Positions 45,542-55,159 of a stretch of 64,000 nucleotides of DNA are shown here, piece after piece. Under the pieces are notes generated by a model. It ran no database searches and was not told the DNA's origin. It was given only the letters and a program-made list of their open reading frames with translations. Source of the stretch: an uncultured Actinomycetes bacterium (GTDB lineage: Bacteria; Actinomycetota; Thermoleophilia; Gaiellales; Gaiellaceae); assembly GCA_963748255.1 (NCBI GenBank), contig CAVVIL010000003.1, positions 111,938 through 175,937 of the forward strand, written 5' to 3'. The stretch's first letter is position 1, and the number at the start of each line of letters is the position of its first letter. The translations under genes were made by a program, and so were the position numbers.

Positions 45542-45652
45542 CCGGGGCCGGGGCCTCACCCGTCGGGGGGAGGCGACGCCCGGAGGCGGTCGTACAGTGC
45601 GACGCGGCCCGGCCGCGCCGCGGTCCGGCGAACCCCACGCCCCGGAGGGACC

Positions 45653-46189
45653 ATGCGCCGTCTCCTGCTCGCCACGACCCTCGTCCTCGCGGTTCTCGCA
45701 GCCGCCGCACCGGCCGGCGCCGCCACGGGCTCCGGCTCGCCCTCCTGCCTGCGCGGCAACTGGGTCGCCTCGCAGGGCGAGACCCGCCGCGTGCTCGCCG
45801 CGCTCGTCCCCGGCGGGCTCTTCACCTCGTACGGCCAGCTCTACATGACGTTCAACCGCGGGGCGTTCCAGTACGGGTCGACCAGGATGATCCTCGAGTC
45901 GTCCATCGGCGACGCGACGCTGACGGCGCGGGCGCGCTTCTTCAGCCTCGCGCCCTACACCGCCCGCACCGGGCTCCTCACGACCCAGCGCGGCGAGTCG
46001 ACGATCGAGTACGGGACGATGACGGGCTCGAAGGGCGGGCGCACCTACAGCGTCCCCGGGCCGCCGACCAGGACGACGAGCATCCCGGGCGGCTCGACCC
46101 CGTTCCAGTGCCGCGGCTCGACGCTCAAGGTGCGCCTGCCCCGGTTCGCGTCAGCCAACTGGATCACGCTGCAGCGCGGTACCCCGTAG
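45653..46189 (+). CDS. Secreted hypothetical protein
   Basis: Signal peptide MRRLLLATTLVLAVLAAAAPAGAA. 178 aa. No family recognised. Confidence 0.5.
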   Translation: MRRLLLATTLVLAVLAAAAPAGAATGSGSPSCLRGNWVASQGETRRVLAALVPGGLFTSYGQLYMTFNRGAFQYGSTRMILESSIGDATLTARARFFSLAPYTARTGLLTTQRGESTIEYGTMTGSKGGRTYSVPGPPTRTTSIPGGSTPFQCRGSTLKVRLPRFASANWITLQRGTP

Positions 46190-46225
46190 CGCGAGGGCGG
46201 GCGAGGGCGGTATATCTCGCCCTCG

Positions 46226-47882
46226 ATGTTCTCGAGCCTCGAGATCGCGCAGGGCGCGACGCTGCGCCCGATCGCCGACGTCGCCGCCGAGGCCGGCATC
46301 GAGCCCGACGAGCTCGAGCAGTACGGGCGCCACAAGGCGAAGGTCGACCTCTCGATCCTCGACCGGCTCGCGGGCCGCCCGGACGGGAAGATCGTCAACG
46401 TCACCGCGATCACCCCGACGCCCGCGGGCGAGGGGAAGACGACGACCTCGGTCGCGCTGACGCAGGGGCTCGGCGCGATCGGCCGCCGGGTCGTGCTTGC
46501 GCTGCGCGAGGCGTCGCTCGGCCCGGTCTTCGGCGTGAAGGGCGGAGCGGCGGGCGGCGGCTACACGCAGGTGGTGCCGATGGAGGACCTGAACCTCCAC
46601 TTCACCGGCGACCTGCATGCGATCACGGCCGCGAACAACCTCCTCGCGGCGCTCATCGACGCGCACCTCCTGCACGGCAACGGGCTCGGGCTCGACCCGC
46701 TCTCGATCACGTGGCGGCGGTGCACCGACATGAACGACCGCGCGCTCCGCGACGTCGTCACCGGCCTCGGCGGGCGGATCAACGGCCTCCCGCGGCAGAC
46801 CGGCTTCGACATCACGGCGGCGAGCGAGGTGATGGCCGTCCTCGCGGTGTCCCGCGACCTCGCCGACCTCCGCGAGCGCCTGGGGCGCATCACCGTCGGC
46901 CGCACCCTCGAGGGCGAGCCCGTCACGGTCGAGGCGATCCACGCCGCCGGCGCGATGACCGTCCTGCTGAAGGAGGCGCTGAAGCCCAACCTCGTCCAGA
47001 CGCTCGAGGGCCAGCCGGCGCTCGTGCACTGCGGGCCCTTCGCGAACATCGCGCACGGGAACAACTCGCTCGTCGCCGACCGCGTCGGCCTGAAGCTCGG
47101 CGACTACCTCGTGACGGAGTCGGGCTTCGCCTCCGACATGGGCATGGAGAAGTTCTTCGACATCACCTGCCGGATCGGGGGGCTGCGGCCGAGCGCCGTG
47201 GTGCTCGTCGCGACGGTGCGCGCGCTCAAGCACCACGGGGGCGACGTCGACGGCGGCACGGCCGAGCTCGAGGCGGGCGCGGCCAACCTCGCGCGCCACA
47301 TCGGGATCGTGCGGCACTTCGGGCTGAACGCCGTCGTCGCGGTGAACCGGTTCGCGTCCGACACACCGGCCGAGCTCGAGCTGGTGCGGCGCCTCGCGCT
47401 CGAGCACGGCGCCTACGCCGCGGAGGTCAACAGCCGGCTTCGAGGAGGGCGGCCGCGGCGCCGTCGCGCTCGCCGAGGCGGTCGTCGCGGCGGCGGACGA
47501 GGAGACCGACTTCCGCTTCGCGTACGCCGACGACGCGCCGATCGAGGAGAAGCTCCGCGCGATCGTGACGGGCGTCTACGGCGGCGAGGACGTGTTCCTG
47601 CTGAAGACGGCCCGCGAGAAGGCGGCCCAGCTCGAGGCCGCCGGCCTGGGCCGGCTCCCGATCTGCATGGCGAAGACGCACCTCTCCCTCTCCCACGACG
47701 CGGCGCTCCTCAACGCGCCCACGGGCTTCACCGTCACCGTGCGCGACCTCCGCGCCTACACCGGCGCCGGCTGGATCCTCGCCCTCTGCGGCGACATGCA
47801 GACCATGCCCGGGCTCGGACGGCAGCCCGCCGCGTTCGCGATCGACGTCGCGGCGGACGGGAGCACCGTGGGGCTGTTCTGA
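46226..47882 (+). pseudogene. fhs: Formate--tetrahydrofolate ligase, single frameshift near 47426-47438
   Basis: The first ~400 codons are in the frame of ORF 46226 (PTPAGEGKTTTSVAL, GGAAGGGYTQVVPMEDLNLHFTGD). The last ~150 codons are in the frame of ORF 47565 (GFEEGGRGAVALAE...[13 protein letters not shown]...TMPGLG). The two are collinear and offset by one base. Confidence 0.85.
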
Positions 47883-47917
47883 GGAACCCCGCGGGCGGGG
47901 CCGGTGTAGGGGCGACG

Positions 47918-48427
47918 ATGGGACGCGCGCTGCTCCTCGTCGTGCCACTCGCGTCGCTCGCCCTGGCAGCGGCGCAGGCGGCGGCCCCCGCGCCCGGCGC
48001 AGCAGCGGGCGGCTGCCCGGTGACGCTCCCGAACCGGAGCCCCGCGCCGACGACCGGGCCGGAGCCCTCGGCCCGCGGCTTCAACCACGGCGACGACCGG
48101 CTCCGCGCGCAGCTCTACTGGCCGCGCGGCGTCGTGCGCGCCGGCCTGCTCCCGGACGGGGGCGTGATGGCGACCGTCGAGCCCAACGGAGCCGTGTCGC
48201 TCAAGCTCGGCTGGTGGCGCGGCACGCCCGGGCGGCTGGTCGTCACCGGCAGGCGGCTCGACGGGCCTGCGCCGCCCGTCCACGCCCACGTCCCGAGCGG
48301 CTACGGGCGGCTCGGCTTCCAGCCGACCGGCATCACGTTCCGCACGGTGGGCTGCTGGCGCGTCACCGGACGGGTCGGCGCCGCGACGCTCTCGTTCGTC
48401 CTCCGGGTGACGAAGCTGCCGCAGTAG
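47918..48427 (+). CDS. Secreted hypothetical protein
   Basis: Signal peptide [24 protein letters not shown]. 169 aa. It lies in the same frame as the false extension of the fhs ORF. Confidence 0.5.
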   Translation: MGRALLLVVPLASLALAAAQAAAPAPGAAAGGCPVTLPNRSPAPTTGPEPSARGFNHGDDRLRAQLYWPRGVVRAGLLPDGGVMATVEPNGAVSLKLGWWRGTPGRLVVTGRRLDGPAPPVHAHVPSGYGRLGFQPTGITFRTVGCWRVTGRVGAATLSFVLRVTKLPQ

Positions 48428-48446
48428 GCCCATCCCACGGCCCTGG

Positions 48447-48452
48447 TACCGT
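48447..48452 (+). promoter_or_regulatory. Candidate -10 hexamer (TACCGT), 7 nt upstream of the thyA GTG; leaderless-type
   Basis: TAnnnT hexamer and no SD. The 32-nt intergenic gap follows the upstream stop. Confidence 0.25.
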
Positions 48453-48459
48453 CGGCCGC

Positions 48460-49254
48460 GTGAGGCAGTACCTCGATCTCCTCCAGCGCGTGCTCGACGA
48501 GGGGGCCGAGAAGGGCGACCGCACGGGGACCGGGACGCTCAGCGTCTTCGGGCACCAGATGCGGTTCGACCTCGCCGCCGGCTTCCCGCTCGTGACGACG
48601 AAGAAGGTGCACGTCCCGGCCGTCGTGGGCGAGTTGATCTGGTTCCTCCGCGGCGACACGAACGTGCGGTGGCTCCAGGAGCACGGGATCACGATCTGGG
48701 ACGAGTGGGCCGACGAGACCGGCGAGCTCGGGCCGGTGTACGGCCGCCAGTGGCGGTCGTGGCCGACCCCCGGCGGCGGGCACGTCGACCAGCTCGCGGA
48801 GGTCGTCGAGCGGATCCGCAGCGACCCCGACTCCCGTCGCCACGTCGTCAGCGCCTGGAACGTCGCCGAGCTGCCGGAGATGGCGCTCGCGCCGTGCCAC
48901 GCCCTCTTCCAGTTCTACGTCGCGGACGGACGGCTCTCGTGCCAGCTCTACCAGCGCTCGGCCGACACCTTCCTCGGCGTGCCGTTCAACATCGCCTCCT
49001 ACGCGCTCCTGACGCACATGGTCGCGCAGGTGACCGGCCTCGAGGCGGGCGACTTCGTGCACACGCTGGGCGACGCGCACCTCTACCTCAACCACCTGGA
49101 GCAGGCACGTGAGCAGCTGCAGCGCGAGCCGCGCGGGCTGCCCGAGCTGCGCCTCGACCCCGCCTGTCGCGCGCTCGACGACTTCACGATCGAGTCGGTC
49201 GGGATCCACGGCTACGACCCGCACCCGGCGATCCGCGCCCCCATCGCCGTGTGA
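48460..49254 (+). CDS. thyA: Thymidylate synthase (ThyA type)
   Basis: [39 protein letters not shown] (catalytic Cys), [15 protein letters not shown]. Confidence 0.95.
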   Translation: MRQYLDLLQRVLDEGAEKGDRTGTGTLSVFGHQMRFDLAAGFPLVTTKKVHVPAVVGELIWFLRGDTNVRWLQEHGITIWDEWADETGELGPVYGRQWRSWPTPGGGHVDQLAEVVERIRSDPDSRRHVVSAWNVAELPEMALAPCHALFQFYVADGRLSCQLYQRSADTFLGVPFNIASYALLTHMVAQVTGLEAGDFVHTLGDAHLYLNHLEQAREQLQREPRGLPELRLDPACRALDDFTIESVGIHGYDPHPAIRAPIAV

Positions 49255-49727
49255 CGGTCACGCTGGTCGCGGCGATCGCACGGAACGGCGTGATCGGCGC
49301 GGACGGCGGGATCCCCTGGCACCTGCCGGACGACCAGCGCCGCTTCAAAGAGCTCACCATCGGGCACGTTCTCGTGATGGGGCGGGTCACCTACGAGTCG
49401 ATCGGCCGTCCGCTCCCGGGCCGGACGACGGTCGTCGTCACGCGATCCGCGGGCTGGGGCGCCGGCGACGACGGCGTGCTCGTCGCCCCGAGCGTCGCGG
49501 AGGCGCTCGCGCTCGCGGCGACGGTCGACGATGAGGTCTTCGTCGTCGGCGGGACGCGGGTGTACGAGGAGGCCCTGCCGCTCGCTGACCGCTTGGAGCT
49601 CACGTGGGTCGACGCCGAGCCCGAAGGCGACGCGTGGTTCCCCGCGGTCGACTGGGCGGCCTGGCGCGAGGTGGCGCGCGAGGAGCACGAGGGCTGGTCG
49701 GCCGTTTCGTACGCGCGCGCGGGGTAG
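49251..49727 (+). CDS. folA: Dihydrofolate reductase
   Basis: [24 protein letters not shown]...F...[19 protein letters not shown] overlap with thyA. Confidence 0.92.
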   Translation: MTVTLVAAIARNGVIGADGGIPWHLPDDQRRFKELTIGHVLVMGRVTYESIGRPLPGRTTVVVTRSAGWGAGDDGVLVAPSVAEALALAATVDDEVFVVGGTRVYEEALPLADRLELTWVDAEPEGDAWFPAVDWAAWREVAREEHEGWSAVSYARAG

Positions 49728-49737
49728 CCTCCAGGGG

Positions 49738-50184
49738 ATGAGCACGTCCGGCGAGATCCTGACGTCCGAGCAGCGCGCCGCCCTCGAGGCGGAGCTCGCC
49801 GAGCTCGAAGGCCCGCGTCGCGCCGCCGCCGTCGAGGCGATCGCCACGGCACGCTCGTTCGGCGACCTCTCTGAGAACTTCGAGTACCACGCCGCGAAGA
49901 ACGAGCAGGGCCTGCTCGAGGCCCGCATTCTCAAGCTCCGCGACCGGATCCAGACGGCGGTCGTGGTCGAGCACGACACCGACGAGCACATCGGCCCGGG
50001 CTCGATCGTCGAGATCGCCGACGAGGACGGCGAGGTGATCGAGGTGACGATCGCCTCGCGCGACGGCGTCTCGTCCGACTCGCCGCTCGGGCGTGCGCTC
50101 CTCGGCGCGAGCGTCGGGGACGTGGTCGAGGTGTCCGCGCCGCGCGGGGCGTGGCGGGCGACCGTGCGCTCGATCCGCCGCTAG
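49738..50184 (+). CDS. greA: Transcription elongation factor GreA
   Basis: DLSENFEYHAAKNEQG and C-terminal SSDSPLGRALLGASVGD. Confidence 0.92.
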   Translation: MSTSGEILTSEQRAALEAELAELEGPRRAAAVEAIATARSFGDLSENFEYHAAKNEQGLLEARILKLRDRIQTAVVVEHDTDEHIGPGSIVEIADEDGEVIEVTIASRDGVSSDSPLGRALLGASVGDVVEVSAPRGAWRATVRSIRR

Positions 50185-51188
50185 GGCAGCCGGGGCGAGA
50201 GGAACGGGGAGAGGAGCGCGGCCGCGGCGAGCGCGAGCGCCGCGACGCCGACGAACGCGAACGTGATCTCGGTCGTCCGGGGCGCGCGGCCGAGGCGTGA
50301 GCCGAGGTCCCGGTAGGCGGCGCTCAGCGCCGTGCTCGACCGGGCCCGGAAGAACTCGCCTCCCGTCCGCGCCGCGATCATCCGCAGCGTTGCGGGATCC
50401 GGCGCGCGGTTGCCGAAGCCGAAGCCGCCGCCCCCGCCGGGCCGGCCGCCGCCGGTCGCAGTGCCGAGCGCGACGGTGTAGACGGGGATCCCCGCCTCGG
50501 CCGCGAGCCGCGCGCCCTCGGCGGGCGGCAGGATCCCGCGGTTCTGGCGCCCGTCCGAGAGGAAGAGGATCGTCACCGCCCCCTCGACGTTCGCCGGCGC
50601 GGGCGACGAGCCGACGGCGGCGAGCCCGCGCTCCCGCATCGCATCGCGTCCCAGCTCCACCGCCCGTGCGAGCGCATCGCCGATCGCGGTGCCGCCGTAC
50701 CCCGCCCAGCGCATGCCGATCGTGGCGACCGAGCGCTCGAGCCGCTCGTGGTCCGACGTCGGCGACGCGACGACCGTGACGTCGCCCGAGAACGTGACGA
50801 TGCCGACCTGCAGGCGGCGAGGGACGCGTTCGAGGAACGCGGCGGCCGCCGCCTTCGCGGCCGCCAGGCGCGAGGGCCTGACGTCCTGCGCCTCCATCGA
50901 GCGAGACCGGTCGACGACGAGGATCACCGTCGCGCGCTCGACGGGTGCGAGGCGCCGCAGCTCCGGCCGTGCGACGGCGATCGCGAGCGCCACGAGCGCG
51001 AGCCCGAGCAGGGCGGCGGGCAGGTGCGTGCGCCACACGGGGTGGTGCGGCGCGACGGCGCCGAGCACGTCGAGGTTCGTGAAGCGGACCGGGTAGCGCT
51101 GCCGGCGGCGCGCGAGCAGGAGGTACGCGCCGAGTGCGGCCGGGACGAGGAGCAGCGTGACGAGCAGCCAGGGGTGCTCGAGGCTCAC
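50181..51188 (-). CDS. VWA domain membrane protein (BatA-like)
   Basis: N-terminal TM helices, then ILVVDRSRSM (MIDAS DxSxS), TAIGDAL, LLSDGRQN, and a C-terminal TM. GTG at 51188 with SD GGAGGA. Confidence 0.8.
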   Translation of the reverse strand: MSLEHPWLLVTLLLVPAALGAYLLLARRRQRYPVRFTNLDVLGAVAPHHPVWRTHLPAALLGLALVALAIAVARPELRRLAPVERATVILVVDRSRSMEAQDVRPSRLAAAKAAAAAFLERVPRRLQVGIVTFSGDVTVVASPTSDHERLERSVATIGMRWAGYGGTAIGDALARAVELGRDAMRERGLAAVGSSPAPANVEGAVTILFLSDGRQNRGILPPAEGARLAAEAGIPVYTVALGTATGGGRPGGGGGFGFGNRAPDPATLRMIAARTGGEFFRARSSTALSAAYRDLGSRLGRAPRTTEITFAFVGVAALALAAAALLSPFLSPRLP

Positions 51189-51379
51189 CGGATCCTCCGA
51201 CGGGAGGTGGAGGGGACGATCTGACGGTATCGATCGGAGGCGCCGCCGACAATCCGGCGCGCGGCGATCGGCCGCCGCCTCGCGGCGGTTGCGGCCTCGA
51301 TCGAAAAGGTCGCAAATTGCGACGATCCGCCGAGGGACGGTCTTGCGTCCGGTCAGCGCCGACCCTAGATTCTCCCCAT

Positions 51380-51422
51380 CTGAGCCGGCGGGCCTTCGGG
51401 TTTGCCGGCTCAGTGTTTTTCT
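51380..51422 (+). terminator. Intrinsic-terminator-like hairpin with UUCG tetraloop and U-tract; no annotated upstream gene on this strand
   Basis: CTGAGCCGGC-G-GGCC-TTCG-GGTT-T-GCCGGCTCAG followed by TGTTTTTCT. T-tracts are very rare in this 72% GC window. Confidence 0.6.
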
Positions 51423-51492
51423 GCGGTCGAGACCTCCTCGGGCGACGTCCCTCGCTGCGACCTTTGCGACGCGCTCCGGCGCCGCGCCTACG

Positions 51493-53309
51493 GTGGTCGT
51501 CGGTTGGCCGCACGCGCGCTCACGATCGCTCGTCCCGGCGGCGCTCCTCGTGGCCCTCGGGTGGGCGGACGGCGGGTACCACCCGCGCGGCTGGGGCGCG
51601 CTGCTCGTCGCGGCCGGGGTCGTGCTCGCCGCGGCGGCGCTGCTCGGAGGCGAGGTCGAGCTCGACCGCCGCCGCGCGTCTTCGCCGGCGGGCTCGTCGC
51701 GCTCGCGGCGTGGTCGCTCGTCTCGCGCGCCTGGGCGCTCGCGCCCGACGGGGCCGTCCTCGAGGCCGAGCGCACGCTCGCCTACGCAGGGCTCGCGCGG
51801 CGCGGCGCGTGCTCGCGGTGCCGCGCCGGCGGCTCGACGAGCTCCTCGTCGGCGTCCTCGCCGGCGTCGGGGTCGTCAGCGTCGGCGGGCTCGTCCGGCA
51901 CGCGCTGGGGAGCGGCCGCCGCCGAGCGGCTCGAGCTCCCGATCGGCTACGCGAACGCCGCCGGGCATCGTCGCGTGCGTCGCGATCCTCCTCGGGCTCG
52001 GGCTGTGCGGCGAGGGGCCCGCCGCGCGGCGGGCGCTCGGCGCGGCCGCTGTGCCCGCCCGCCGCGGCCGTGCCCTCACTCTCGCTCTCCCGCGGCGCGC
52101 TGCTCGCCGGCGCGCTCGGGGTCGTCGTACTCCTCCTCGCGACGAGCCGCGCGTCCGGCGGCTGGCGCCGCGCCGCGCCCGTCGCGCTCGCGTCCCGCGT
52201 CGCGGCCGTGCTCGTCGAGTGGGCGGAGCCGTTCGCGGCGCCGGGGCGTTCGCGGGCGAGGTCGCGTGGCTCGTGGTCGTCGTCGTGCTCGCGACGGCGG
52301 CCGCCGCGGCCGCCGTTGCTCCAGCCGGGAGCGGGCGCGGCGCTCCTTCGCGGGCGCACGGCGGCGACCGTGGCGGTCGCCGCCGCGCTCGCCGCGGTCG
52401 CGGTCGCGCTCGGCGTCGCGGGCGTCGTCGCCGTCCGCGGCGACCGCTCGACGCCCGCCGCCCTCCAGGGCGCGTCCGCCCGCCTCCTCTCGTCGTCGAC
52501 GAGCTACCGGGCGGACTACTGGGCCGTCGCGGTGGGCGCGGTGCGCGACCGGCCGCTGCTCGGGATCGGCGCGGGCGGGTTCGAGCGCCGCTGGCTCCGC
52601 GAGCGCGACGCGCCGCTCTTCGTCCGCGATGCCCACAACCTCTACCTCGAGACGCTCGCCGAGCTCGGGCCGCTCGGCCTGGCCGCGCTCCTCGCCGTCC
52701 TCCTCGTCCCGCTCGCCGGCGCGCGGGCCGTCGCCGCCTCGGCGGCCGGGCCGGGCGGCGCTCGCCGCCTACGCCGCGCTGCTCGCCCACGCGGCGCTCG
52801 ACTGGGACTGGGAGCTCCCGGTCGTGAGCGCTCTGCACGCTCCTGCTCGCGGTCGTGCTCCTCGGTCTCGGCCGGGAGACCGCGCCGACGCGGCCCGGCG
52901 CCCTCGTCCGGGGCGCCGTCGTCGCCGCCGCCGCGGTCCTCGTCGCGGTCGGCGTCGACGTGCGCCTCGCCGCCGACGCGACGGCGCGTGCGAACGCGGC
53001 GCTCGACCGCGGCGACGCTGTGCGCGCCGCGGCAGAGCGCCCGCGAGGTGCGCCGCCTCACGCCGTGGGCCGCCGAGCCCTGGCGGCTCCTCGGCGAGGC
53101 CGAGGTCGCGGCGGGCCGCCTCGAGAGCGGCCGGGCGCACCTGCGGCGGGCGACGCGCGAGGATCCCGACGCGTGCGGGCGCCTGGCTCGCGCTCGCGTT
53201 CGCGACGGACGGGGCGGAGCGCCGGCCGCGCTCGGGCGCGTGCGTGGCGCTCGACCCGCTCGCGCCCGAGCTCGGCGTCTTCGGCGCCGACGACCCCTCG
53301 AAAGGGTGA
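51493..53309 (+). pseudogene. Heavily frameshifted O-antigen-ligase/TPR paralog (relative of 27103-29058)
   Basis: Collinear homologous peptide segments alternate among all three plus-strand frames at least 11 times. Example: YRADYWAVAVGAVRDRPLLGIGAGGFERRWL...DAHNLYLETLAELGPLG mirrors the intact paralog's RPLVGSGAGTFAIARK...EPHSVPLQLLADLG. C-terminal TPR-like pieces are also present. Confidence 0.6.
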
Positions 53310-53375
53310 TTTGCCGACCGGAAAGGGCGGGAAGTGTCCGATACGGTGCTGATAGCTCCGACGAGAGGGGGCAAT

Positions 53376-53808
53376 GTGAAGCAACGCAGTCAGGGGACGT
53401 GGGGTCGTAGGGGTCGTCGTGGCGCTCGGTGCGCTCGTGACGTTCGCCGTCTTCGGCGGCACCGGCCTCGCGGGCAGCACGGCGAAGCCGACCAAGGCCC
53501 AGTACGCACCCGGGCAGTACCAGAACGCCGAACAAGGTGACGCTCTGCCACAAGGCCAAGGTGACGATCCGGGTCTCGGTGAACGCGCTGCCGGCGCACG
53601 AGGCGCACGGCGACGTCGTCGGGACGTGCGCGGCCGCGGCCGCGAAGGCCAAGGCGAAGCGTCGAAGCAGGCCGAAGGCGAAGGCCAAGGAGCAGGAGTC
53701 GTCGTCGGCCGCAGGGCGCCGCGACACGAGACCGGCGGCCAGGCGAAGGGCCACGGCGCGTCGCAGGGCAAGGGCAACGCCAACGGCAAGGGGAACGGCA
53801 AGAGCTAG
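53376..53808 (+). pseudogene. Small secreted protein with KVTLCHK...AHEAHGD..G.C motif, frame-disrupted
   Basis: SD GAGGGGG plus GTG at 53376 (VKQRSQGT). TM/signal GVVGVVVALGALVTFAVFGG is in the next frame. KVTLCHKAKVTIRVSVNALPAHEAHGDVVGTC is in the third frame. A Lys/Gly/Asn-rich tail follows. Confidence 0.45.
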
Positions 53809-53888
53809 GTCCCCGCGGGCGGCTGCGCCGTCCGCACGCGATCGGCACGGCGGGTGGGCGCGAGGGGCGCGCGCTCACCCCCGAGCGC

Positions 53889-54446
53889 CTACGTCGTGAG
53901 CACCGCTTCCTCGCCGCCGACGGGCACCACGACCCAGCCGTCGAACTGGCGGAGCTTGTAGGGCGCGTTGAGCGGCACGGCCGTCTCGGGCTCGGGGCCG
54001 GCCACCGCGAAGCGGCCGCAGGGCTCCGCGAGCTTCCCGTCGCGCGTCAGCCAGAGCTCGTACGCGCCGGCCTTCAGGCCCCCGACCCGCAGCTCCATCG
54101 GCCAGTTGCCCGCCTCGTCCTGCTCGAAGACGTCGAGCTCCGCGGTGGCGCCGCCCGCGCCGCTCATCGCGATCGTGCGCTCGACCGTCGCATCCGGCCT
54201 GGCCCCGATGAGGTATCCGACGCCGAAGAGCGCGGCGGCGGCGACGGCGGCAGCGGCCGCGGCCGTGAAGCGGTAGCGCCGCGGGTACGGGACGATCTGG
54301 GCCTTCGGAGGCTCCGGTGTCGCCGCGAGCTCGGGCGGGAGCTCCGGCGGCGGCCCCACCGAGCCGAGGAGCGCATGGACGCGCTCGAGGCGCTCGAGCT
54401 CCGTCGGGTCGACGTCGTCGCCGATCAGCTCGCGTAGGTCTTTCAT
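53889..54446 (-). CDS. Putative anti-sigma factor (single-pass membrane protein)
   Basis: The ATG overlaps the stop of the ECF sigma gene (ATGA at 54443-54446). Short cytoplasmic N-terminus, central TM (AAAAAAVAAAALFGVGYLIGA), extracytoplasmic C-domain. Confidence 0.55.
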   Translation of the reverse strand: MKDLRELIGDDVDPTELERLERVHALLGSVGPPPELPPELAATPEPPKAQIVPYPRRYRFTAAAAAAVAAAALFGVGYLIGARPDATVERTIAMSGAGGATAELDVFEQDEAGNWPMELRVGGLKAGAYELWLTRDGKLAEPCGRFAVAGPEPETAVPLNAPYKLRQFDGWVVVPVGGEEAVLTT

Positions 54447-54991
54447 CGCAGCTCTCCCTCGAGCTCGTCGGCCAGCCGGCGGAGCGCGGAGCGAGTCCGC
54501 GTCTTGACCGTCCCCAGCGGCAGGTTCACGTAGTCGGCGATCTCGCTCTGCGAGAGCCCGCTCCAGTACGCGAGCTCGACGAGCGAGCGCTCCTGCTCGG
54601 GGAGCGTCTCGAGCGCCCGGTGCACCCGCCACGACGTCCACTCGGCCTCCGCGGCGTCCTCCGGCCCCGGGTCCGAGGACACGACCTCGGGCGGGTCGTC
54701 CACCGTCGGCGGCGGCGTCCGGCGGAGGCCGTCGACGATCGCGTTCCGCGCGACCGTGTAGAGCCACGACGCGGCAGCGCCCCGCGCCGGGTCGTACCGC
54801 CGCGCCGACCGCCAGACGCTCGCGAACGTGTCCTGCGTGACGTCCTCGGCGCGCTCGCGGTCGCCGATCCGGCGCAGCGCGATCCCGAGCACCGACCGCG
54901 CGTAGCGTCGATGGATCTCCTCGAACGCGAACCGGTCGCCCGTGGCGACCAGCCGGAGGAGCTCGGCGTCCGAGCGGGAGTCCGCGCTCAC
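54443..54991 (-). CDS. ECF (group 4) RNA polymerase sigma factor
   Basis: GTG at 54991. Region 2 FEEIHRRYARSVLGIALRRIGDRERAEDVTQDTF...WLYTVARN. Region 4 LPEQERSLVELAYWSGLSQSEIADYVNLPLGTVKTR. Confidence 0.85.
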   Translation of the reverse strand: MSADSRSDAELLRLVATGDRFAFEEIHRRYARSVLGIALRRIGDRERAEDVTQDTFASVWRSARRYDPARGAAASWLYTVARNAIVDGLRRTPPPTVDDPPEVVSSDPGPEDAAEAEWTSWRVHRALETLPEQERSLVELAYWSGLSQSEIADYVNLPLGTVKTRTRSALRRLADELEGELR

Positions 54992-55159
54992 CGCCGCCGG
55001 TCTCCAGGCCGGTCGACGTGCGGGCGCGGGGAGGCCGATGGTGACCGCCGCAGCCACATCTGGAATACGCGGCCGCGACCCCGCCGGATTCGGGCGGGGC
55101 CGTCGAGGCACGCGGGGAGGGGCGGCACGCGCGACGTCACCACCCCTCCGCCGGCGCGC

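Noticed and set aside
53640-53800. Short repeated AAGGC / GGCAAS units that look like a tandem repeat.
   Set aside because: The repeats are imperfect and lie in coding sequence for a Lys/Ala/Gly/Asn-rich low-complexity tail. There is no spacer-repeat periodicity as in CRISPR.
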